From: a virus
Lineage: Duplodnaviria > Caudoviricetes
IMG/VR virus record: IMGVR_UViG_3300024259_000011
DNA: 64,000 nucleotides
Reading direction: 5' to 3' (one strand)
Shown: positions 38,035-46,400 of the stretch, one piece after another
Position numbering within the stretch: position 1 is the first letter of the stretch
Layout: every line of letters starts with the position of its first letter
Position numbers and translations under genes: made by a program
The notes under the pieces: model-generated
Databases searched by the model: none
Told to the model about the DNA's origin: nothing
Seen by the model: the letters and a program-made list of their open reading frames with translations, nothing else

Positions 38035-38521
38035 CGAACACGTCCCTCCTTACCTTCACGCACTTAGCGCTGATTTCCATCATATGCTCAATCTGTCCAA
38101 AGACCCGGGTAGGTTCAGACACCTTGACCAACTGATAGAACTGTGTACCATACCGTAGCATGTCGCCTTCCCGAACAAACAAGTCCTGATCTTCGGTCAG
38201 ACGCCTCTTATGAAAGTGTACCGTCATTGTAGTGATCTTATCGATACCCAAAGCATCAGCATAGATAGTTTCCAACCCTTCCCATTCGACCAACGCCTTC
38301 ACTAGAACTGGTGGCAAATATGTCTTGTTCAGCGCCTCCCCGTACAATGGATGGTAGTTGGTGTGTTCAATATCAAGCGGAAAATACAGGACTTCTTGTC
38401 CGATGACCCTTTCAATAAGCTCATCATTAACCTGCTTAACCAGATCGCGCTCTTTCTGTCCGGTGAACAGTGGGCTAGGTGGTTGTTCTGGCTGCTTCCA
38501 TTTATCTTTAGGGTCCGACAT
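38024..38521 (-). CDS. neck / head-closure protein (gp14-like)
   Basis: ELIERVIGQEVLYF, HPLYGEA, HFHKRRL, VREGD. Confidence 0.7.
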   Translation of the reverse strand: MSDPKDKWKQPEQPPSPLFTGQKERDLVKQVNDELIERVIGQEVLYFPLDIEHTNYHPLYGEALNKTYLPPVLVKALVEWEGLETIYADALGIDKITTMTVHFHKRRLTEDQDLFVREGDMLRYGTQFYQLVKVSEPTRVFGQIEHMMEISAKCVKVRRDVFDGE

Positions 38522-38530
38522 AGCTTACTC

Positions 38531-39820
38531 CTAAAATACGAAGATCGACAATGGGATCTTCGCCTGAATCTTATTAACTTGATCCACTTTGTCGGCATCG
38601 CCTTCCATCAGCTTGTTGTAGGTCAACTCATCGAGCAGTTCTTTGAGTTCTGTCCTCAGTGCGTCCTGTTCATCCTTGCCCTGCGTCAACAAAGCTTCGC
38701 CATTAAGTGTAACGGACTCTCCGGGGATAGGAATTTGGCCAAACTTGCTTCTTACTTGCCCCAAAGTCTCTTTGCAGAGCGCCAAAGCGAACCTGCGGAT
38801 CCATTGCTTACCAATCGAGTTGATACTGTTGTAAGGAATGTTCTGGAACGGGACATTATTAAGGTTGTTCACGCCATCAATGCCAATATCAGCAGAGCCA
38901 CTAGTTTCCCATGGCTCAGTCGGAATAGTGAACTGAATCCAAAAGTATTTTGGACTTGAACTGACTGGCTTGGGGAAAAGCCTAAGCTGGTTGTTCTTTA
39001 GCTCAAATGAGTAGTGCGAGTTTCTGGTATAAATAGAGTCCTCGAATGCCATGGACTGTGCCTTGTTCTGCCAAGCTGGGATGACCTCAAATGTAGAATC
39101 ATCTGAGTACTGTCCGTAGTTCGACAAGTTGCCGACTGTGTTCAAGCCACCGTAGTAGCCGTAGAATCGCCACATCGCATGCGGTGTTCTATAAAAAACT
39201 TTTCTAACTGTCAGGTGCTTCTGTCCGACCAAGCCGGCGAAGTTAACCGTGTTGCCAGCGGCGTCCTCACCTGAGTCTGAGGCATCCTGAATGATAGAAT
39301 CTAAGTCATAATCTTGTTGGTTAGTTACTGTCCTGAATGAGCAAGAGTATTCGGTAGTGTTACCACCTACGCCAGCATCGCCAGCCATACCTTCGGCAAC
39401 GCGGCGAGCATATGCGAACTCGAATCGAGGATACTTCATTGCAATGCCACCGGCACCGCTCAAGCTGGAGGAAAGTTCTCCTGTCTTGAGTTCTCCATCG
39501 TGATCAAATGTCCCAGTCATGGAGCCAAGGTAATCAGAAAGAGTGTTCTTGGCTTGATGAGAATTAATAATGTATGAATATTCTAATACCGACTCTTCAT
39601 ACGCGGCATACACATTTCCCGTTGTTATTTCAATATCCAATACATCGCCGCCTAACTTTTTGTAGACGTACGCAACCTGATCAGAGGCTCCGGACACAAA
39701 GTCATGGGAATCTGAATAGATACCATATGGCAAAGCCGAAGTTACATCACCAGTTGATCCTGTGGACGTTAGTATTACTTTGCTTAGATTGCTTTTGGGT
39801 GTTAGTTCTGGGTGGCTCAT
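38531..39820 (-). CDS. neck / head-tail connector protein (gp13-like)
   Basis: KKLGGDVLDIEIT, WIRRFALALCKE.LGQVRSKF..IP.PG..VTLNG..L. Confidence 0.8.
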   Translation of the reverse strand: MSHPELTPKSNLSKVILTSTGSTGDVTSALPYGIYSDSHDFVSGASDQVAYVYKKLGGDVLDIEITTGNVYAAYEESVLEYSYIINSHQAKNTLSDYLGSMTGTFDHDGELKTGELSSSLSGAGGIAMKYPRFEFAYARRVAEGMAGDAGVGGNTTEYSCSFRTVTNQQDYDLDSIIQDASDSGEDAAGNTVNFAGLVGQKHLTVRKVFYRTPHAMWRFYGYYGGLNTVGNLSNYGQYSDDSTFEVIPAWQNKAQSMAFEDSIYTRNSHYSFELKNNQLRLFPKPVSSSPKYFWIQFTIPTEPWETSGSADIGIDGVNNLNNVPFQNIPYNSINSIGKQWIRRFALALCKETLGQVRSKFGQIPIPGESVTLNGEALLTQGKDEQDALRTELKELLDELTYNKLMEGDADKVDQVNKIQAKIPLSIFVF

Positions 39821-39864
39821 TCATTTTATCCTCCGTAACGTAATTAGTTTCTCAAAGTGGAAAA

Positions 39865-39885
39865 CCCCGCCCCTTGAGGGGCGGG
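39865..39885 (-). terminator. intrinsic terminator
   Basis: CCCCGCCC/GGGCGGGG stem followed by TTTTCC. Confidence 0.7.
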
Positions 39886-39921
39886 GAAAGATTTAAACCT
39901 TATTATAAGCACAAGCTTCGA

Positions 39922-40401
39922 TTAGGAAGTTGTAACAGATCCGTCAATCTGAGCATTTCCGAAGAAATACCAAGAAGTGCCGTCACTGTACAATTCAATC
40001 CACATGCCTTTCTTGGCAGTAGTTCCAATGATAACATTAGAAACTCCAGTTGCACCAGAAGAGCCGGGAGCATCGTCGCCGGTGTCAACTTCAGACTCGC
40101 TGACGTTACCGAACATAATCGCCGAACCAGCAGCAATCGTAATTGCGCCAGTGGGCGTGTCCTCAGTTACCATACAACGGTAGTGAAGTCCAGCAGCAAC
40201 GCTGGGGAGAGTGAGCGAAAACGCTCCGCTCGAAGATTCAAGGAAAACAAGTCTTCCTGATTCCAGTGGGTCGAGAGTCTTGTTAGACCCTACACTCAAA
40301 GTTGCCCGTTGATACGACATACCCTTGAGAAGTTTAACCTCACCCACCTCAAAATTTTGAAGCAAAGAGCGAAGTCTTGCAATGTTTTGTGAAAAAGCCA
40401 T
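39922..40401 (-). CDS. putative capsid decoration protein
   Basis: Directly after the major capsid gene with its own late-type motif and GGAGG SD; FSLTLPSVAAGLHY...WIELYSDGTSWY beta-rich domain. Confidence 0.55.
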   Translation of the reverse strand: MAFSQNIARLRSLLQNFEVGEVKLLKGMSYQRATLSVGSNKTLDPLESGRLVFLESSSGAFSLTLPSVAAGLHYRCMVTEDTPTGAITIAAGSAIMFGNVSESEVDTGDDAPGSSGATGVSNVIIGTTAKKGMWIELYSDGTSWYFFGNAQIDGSVTTS

Positions 40402-40518
40402 TCATTAATACCTCCATAGTTTTAATTTATATAGCAACCCCATAACCCGTGCATAGCTAGCCATACATGAGCCGAATTAATTCGGATGAGGTCACAATTA
40501 AGTAGTTTCTCAGACGCA

Positions 40519-40552
40519 AAAGCCCCCATCTGTATGACCAGATGGGGGCTTT
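40519..40552 (-). terminator. intrinsic terminator after the major capsid gene
   Basis: 14-bp stem AAAGCCCCCATCTG/CAGATGGGGGCTTT. Confidence 0.8.
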
Positions 40553-40576
40553 ATTACTTTGGAGGTTATGTTAGCT

Positions 40577-42328
40577 CTATGAGCTTGAACCTGACTCGCC
40601 GAGCAAGCCACGAACGACAACTAGACCGTACATATCAGGACGCACCATCTTCTTAGCGTAGCGTGTCATGACACCCTTGCGTGGCACGAAGTCCTCGACA
40701 CCAAAGATGGTGGGAGTGACTTGCAGTGGCACATAAGGTGCGTACACATATCCGCTTTCGAGGAAGCTTCCGCCCTTGCGTCCAACCAGAACAAGATTCC
40801 GTGGGAAGTAAGGATCAACATAAACGTCCCACTTCTTGGAAATACTTCCTGTTTGAACAGCACCGACAGTACCCTTGGAATCTTCCATGGATACCTTAGC
40901 ACGGAATCCACTGGTGAACTCAAGGATGTTGGCAACTTCTGGTCCGCAGACAAGGAAGTTAGCACCACCACGCAGAGTCTTGCGATGGATCTGGGCTGAA
41001 ATGTCATTGATGGTTTCGATCAGAGTCTCATACCATTCGCTGACTGTGCCCGTGAAGTCTGGAGCCTTAGTAGCGGCGCCGAGTTCGGCACCGGTGGTTC
41101 GCTTCACGAACAGACCCGGGGAGCGTGACCAGTAATAAGTACCGGCGGTTGCGCCCTTGATAAGATCTTCAACGATCTCACGGTCGATCTCAAGAGCAAT
41201 CTGCTCAGAGAGAATTGAGGTAAGCTCGACCTCGGCATCCAGATTGTGATAGGCATTTAGATCCTGTCCCAATTCTGGAGTCCACTTAGCCTTGAGCTTC
41301 TTGGTTACGGCAGTGACACTGACGGAATCAACTTTGATGTCGATCTCGGCAATACCCTCGTTTGCTTCCAGTCCCCAATCATCAGTTCCGACGACAGCGC
41401 CGAGAGCCTGATTAGAACCTGCAGCGGCAGTACCAGTGAAATCATCAACCAATGGGTGATAAATAATGGTAGATGCGTCACCGGCTCCAACACCAACAAC
41501 GCTGCTGAACGAGCCTGTAGCGTGGATAACAACTTCCAGAATAGATCCGGATGCCTTGGTGAGACGACGTACCGGTGTTGATCCAGAAGGATCAGACCGT
41601 GAGGCGCCATCGGCGCCAATATCGACGTTGAGAGCAACGGGGTTCTGGTTACTGCCGTCAAGACCCATCACCTGACGCTGGGCGTCGGTAAGGGTAATGT
41701 GCAGAACCTGCGCGTATGAACCTGATGCGAGATCAGGATCGAAACGAAGGTACTTATCAGTGCCGGCAGAATTGCCAACCATGAATACACCTTCACCGGA
41801 ATCCGCTACCGTCGTATAAGCAAGCGTGAGCGAGCCAGTCGGAGAAGAAGATCCGTTGTTTAGGGCGTAGAAAGATTTCTCGCCGTGACGACTTGTGCCG
41901 TCATCATCGACGGAAACACCGCCGGTGATCTCTTGACCCACCACATTGCCACCGTAAAGTGACTCGGCTGCTGCAGCGTTAAGCTTAGCATTCGTGTGTT
42001 GGAAGTCGAGGAAAAAGATAAGTCCACTTGGTAGACTCATCGGTTGAACTGACACTAGGTCGTTCGCGATGAGGGCACCGAATACGCGACGAACGATGGG
42101 GAATGCAACAGCGGCAAATCCTTCAACGTCACCACCAGCCATGGTGGATGCCTCACGAAGTAGTTCTCTAGCTTGGTTCTCAAGTAGTCGAGCCATGGTA
42201 TCACGCTTCCGACTATTCTCAAGACCTTCTAGAAGACCTGTGCGCTCCCACTTATCCATAAGTGCGGCGCCTTCCTTCGACACATCGCGAGTAACGATAC
42301 CTTCAGTCAATTTGTTAATAATAGACAT
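40577..42328 (-). CDS. major capsid protein (T4 gp23-like)
   Basis: KWERTGLLEGL, PIVRRVFG.LIANDLVSVQPMSLPSGLIF, KLKAKWTPE.GQDL.AYH.LDAE.ELT, YAPYVPL, GVMTRYA. Confidence 0.96.
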   Translation of the reverse strand: MSIINKLTEGIVTRDVSKEGAALMDKWERTGLLEGLENSRKRDTMARLLENQARELLREASTMAGGDVEGFAAVAFPIVRRVFGALIANDLVSVQPMSLPSGLIFFLDFQHTNAKLNAAAAESLYGGNVVGQEITGGVSVDDDGTSRHGEKSFYALNNGSSSPTGSLTLAYTTVADSGEGVFMVGNSAGTDKYLRFDPDLASGSYAQVLHITLTDAQRQVMGLDGSNQNPVALNVDIGADGASRSDPSGSTPVRRLTKASGSILEVVIHATGSFSSVVGVGAGDASTIIYHPLVDDFTGTAAAGSNQALGAVVGTDDWGLEANEGIAEIDIKVDSVSVTAVTKKLKAKWTPELGQDLNAYHNLDAEVELTSILSEQIALEIDREIVEDLIKGATAGTYYWSRSPGLFVKRTTGAELGAATKAPDFTGTVSEWYETLIETINDISAQIHRKTLRGGANFLVCGPEVANILEFTSGFRAKVSMEDSKGTVGAVQTGSISKKWDVYVDPYFPRNLVLVGRKGGSFLESGYVYAPYVPLQVTPTIFGVEDFVPRKGVMTRYAKKMVRPDMYGLVVVRGLLGESGSSS

Positions 42329-42354
42329 TGTATAAAATACTCCTTGTTTTTGTC

Positions 42355-43380
42355 TTAGTTAATGCCAGCTAGTTTCTTCATGCGATTTACTGCATGTTCG
42401 GAACCAACTGACCTCTTGTTTTTGCGTCTTGGTAAAGTGGTAGACTTTCTATTAATAGCTTCGCTCAGTGATTCTGGAGCACGCTTTCTTGAAGCGGTTC
42501 CCACTGTGCTCTGAAGGGTTTCATAAATAACCTTCACTTCCTCGACAGTTCGTGACTTAGACAGTGCTTCGACAATTTTACTTTTTTGTCGCTCATTCAA
42601 GGAGACACTATTCAACACACGATTAGTATAAACGAGCCTTGCATTTGAGAGATTGACTTCCTGTAGGTTGTCTTTCATCTTCAAAGCAATACTCTTTAAT
42701 TGTTCATAATCCTTAGCAAGTCTCTTCTTCTCGTTGGAGAGAGAGTTAACTTGCTCTTCTAATTCTTTTGTAGCCTTACGCAGTTCTTTATTTTCCTCAG
42801 CAACATTGGAGTCTTGCTCCTGTGCGAGTGCCTGCAGTTCGGCTTCCTCAATTTCTGTACTAGTGGCATCACCCGGGTGACCTGTAGGTACGGGCTTGAC
42901 ATCAACCTTAACATCTTCAGTTAGTTCCTGAAGGATTTCCGCCAATTGCTCATCTGTTAAATCAATCTCATCTGATTCCTCAGACTCTTCTAGAGCCATC
43001 ATCGCGTCTTCGCGGGGCTCTGCAGCACCGCCACCAAGTCCGCCCATTTCCTCTTCGGCGGCGACCTGTGCGGCTAACTGATCCAAATCAAGCTCAATCT
43101 TCTCTTCCTCATCAGGACATGGGCAAAGCTTTTCACCCTCTGCATATGCAGGGGTAGCGCCCAAATCATCCATGGGGGTTTCTTCTTCGGGGCTTTCGAC
43201 TCCCGGCTCTTCAGGGAAAAGACCCAACTCTTCATCTTCAGGTGCTTCGTTCAAAAGAGCGTCAACAGCGCCTTTGATTTCCGGAGCGTATTTCTCAAGA
43301 ATTTGAGTTTCGGCGTTCTTAAGCGCAGCCTCTTTTAAAGCTGCTGCATCGACAATCGCCTGTTCAAGCATGTTAGACAT
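42355..43380 (-). CDS. prohead core scaffold protein (gp22-like)
   Basis: Very acidic coiled coil upstream of the MCP; EVNLSNARL.Y.N, ends RMKKLAGIN. Confidence 0.8.
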   Translation of the reverse strand: MSNMLEQAIVDAAALKEAALKNAETQILEKYAPEIKGAVDALLNEAPEDEELGLFPEEPGVESPEEETPMDDLGATPAYAEGEKLCPCPDEEEKIELDLDQLAAQVAAEEEMGGLGGGAAEPREDAMMALEESEESDEIDLTDEQLAEILQELTEDVKVDVKPVPTGHPGDATSTEIEEAELQALAQEQDSNVAEENKELRKATKELEEQVNSLSNEKKRLAKDYEQLKSIALKMKDNLQEVNLSNARLVYTNRVLNSVSLNERQKSKIVEALSKSRTVEEVKVIYETLQSTVGTASRKRAPESLSEAINRKSTTLPRRKNKRSVGSEHAVNRMKKLAGIN

Positions 43381-43481
43381 TAATGATCCTCTGTTTTGGA
43401 ATAGGAAATATAATACGGTTTTCCAATAATAAGTAGTTCGTTCATTAGCAAAGTGCCAATTTTATGTAGCCACGTCAAGGG

Positions 43482-46400
43482 CTATCCACAGTGATAGGTG
43501 CAAGGAACAAGCGCAGATTTGAACCCTAACTCAGAATCAACGTCAACGGTAGAAAAGTCAATCGGCGTCGTAGCCTTTGCAACAGTATAGTTATGTAACA
43601 AGTCATCATCTTGTAGCATGCCATGCCCAGCCCTATCGCTTGAGCAAATATAATCGCCAGTTTCAATGTTACCGTTTTGATCTGTGACAAGTACCTGACC
43701 TTCCCCGAGGGCATTATACACATGCTGGTCTTCGCCCATATAGGAATCTTCTGCAGGGACATTAAACCCGCGATAAACGCCAACTACAGCTTTATCTTTA
43801 GCAGCGGTTGTCACCTGAGTGGAAACCCATGCGTTGGACAAGCCGCCATCGAAAGCCAGTTGTCCCGTAGAGGCAATAATTACACCCTCTTGTAAGGCAG
43901 AGCCTGATGGAAGGGGTGTTGGATGCTGCCCTGTGAACGTGCTGTAAGCCACCTCTGAGTTAATCGTACCCACGGTGGCGCCGGTAGTTGAATCAAAAAA
44001 CTTAATCCAGTAGTTACTGACGCCGAACGTTGAGTCAGCAGAACGGATGTTAACAATAGTATCGGAGGTCGCCAGACTGGTATCGGTATTCGAGATACGC
44101 AACGTACCTTCGCTGCGTGCAATAGGATCTACAATGTGGAACTTGGCATCTGGCGACGTGGTGCCAACACCAACAAACGGGTATGCACTGTTTGCCACAG
44201 AGCCGTCAATACACAGACCGTCGTACAGGGATGTAGAGGCGTCACGACCGACTTGGAACCTCATTTTGGTGCCGAGAGAAGCGCCAATGTTCCAGTATGT
44301 CTCTGCAGTTTCGACAATCATCGTGGCTGCGAGGGCTGAGTTGGCTTCGCCGTCGTCTTCTGTACCATAGAAGCGCAGGGCACCAATATTATCGCCCGAT
44401 GCCATCGAGTCACCTCTACCATAGAAGTCAACACTAGACTGACCGGCATCTGATACAAGCTTGAGTTGGGCAGCGTCGGCGGTATGGATTGTAACGTCCG
44501 CAGTGATCTCAGCTAGATAATCGATGTTATCGTCGGTGCCGAAGGAAATCATGGTGTTGCCGACAGGATTCCTAATATTGCCGCCGCCTAAATATAGATC
44601 GCCATCAACCTTTAGATTTCCGCTCTCATAAATCGTGCCGCCGCCGGAACCAGAGCCTGCGAAGAAGTGTACTGCGTTTGTAGTTGTCTCATCCAGCGTC
44701 AGCATTGTGATGCCGCCACAAACAAGGTCAATCTGATCAGTGGTAAAGTTCATCCCTGTGTTTGTATCACCATTATGGGTGACACCGTTGGAGGCATAAA
44801 GTGTATTGGCGGTGATATCAGCGTTGGAGACTGTAACATCACCGTAGAAAGTCGCTTCTTTTGCAGAGTCGATCATGAGCGCTGTACTCAAAGATGTGGC
44901 ACCGTCTGCAGTTGTAAAGAACAATAACCTTCCCGCAGTACTGGAACCGTCAGACCATGACGCTTCATCAACTTCAGCCATAATACCGGCTGCGGGATAG
45001 TAAGTTCCATCCTCGGTTTCCGCGCCTTTGAACTGAATGATTCCCAAGTTGTCGCCATCGGCAAACGAACCGTCAGTATAACGTCGGAAATCCAGTTGCG
45101 CATCATCTGCAGAAGTTCCGTCGCGACTGGCAAGAATCAGTGTTCCCTGATCAGTGGTGCCGGGTCTAATAAGAATCGAACCTTCGCTGTGATCGTATGT
45201 AACGGTGTCTCCACCGAGATGAATGTCACCGGTGCCGCCATCAACTTTGAACGAGCCAGAAGCTACCGATGTCTCTACTCGGAAGTTTACGTCTGCTCCA
45301 GCTTCATTGAATGTTGCGTGACCGTTGGCGGTGATTCCGCCGGCAAGTGTAGAAGAACCTGAAACCTTGAGTAGACCAGATGTTCTGAACTCCGTAGATG
45401 TATAGTGATTGTCGGAACCGGACATGTCTGGTGTAGTACCATCAGACCATGCAACCTTCCCGCCGAGAGCATCCCATGAAAGGACTTGTCCATCGGTCGG
45501 AGTGTCGTCACCAATCTTAGTAACCTTTCCGTTCTTGCCCAAGGTGATCGCAGTGTCAGCACCAGCGCCATCATTAACCTGTAGGTTCACGGTGCCGGCA
45601 TTTGTGTCAACATTAAAGACAATGCCGGCGCCATCCATTGTCAGTGTGCCGCCGAGGTGGGCGCCGCCGAGAGCACTCAAAGTGCTTGAGGCTGAGAGAG
45701 TGGTGCTTGTGAGCCCTGCTTCATGGGCAGTAGCGCTAGTAAAGTTTGAAGGACCGCTGACCTCAAATGAGCCGGTAACTTGATGGGTGTCAGCGGGATT
45801 ATTTCCAAGAACCGCGTTGCCGGTAGCAGTGAGCAAACCATAAACAAAAAGCGGACCCTCTGCATTAACGACACTAGTGAAGTTTGAAGGACCGCTGACC
45901 TCAAATGAGCCTGTTACCTGATGGGTGTCACCGCTGGCGTTACCAAGGACCGCGCCGCCGGTAGCGGTGAGCAGACCGTCAATCTGGGCTGTGCTAGCAG
46001 CGGTCAAAGCACCATCAACGTTAAACGCAGCTTCGGCATGAACCTCATCTGTAAAGTGAGCAGGTCCGCTTACTTCAAGAGAGCCTGTTACCTGATGTGT
46101 ATCACCCGAAGCGGCGCCATGGATCGTGGCACCCTGAACAGTTAGGCTCTTCAAAGTCACCAATCCTGCAGAATTGATCTCTAGATCATTGACCGATTCA
46201 AACGCCGCATCAGTATTAATAGCAAAGACATCTCCGCTATCATCGATGCCCATGATGCTCTTAAGGGTGGAGTGTCCGAAGGTGATAGTTCTGTCTGTGC
46301 CATCGGCGTCGGCGCCAACAGTAATATCGCCGCCGCCAACAGATAAGGCGCCGCCTAAGGTTACTAATCCTGCAGCGTTGATCTCCAAGTCATTGACCGA

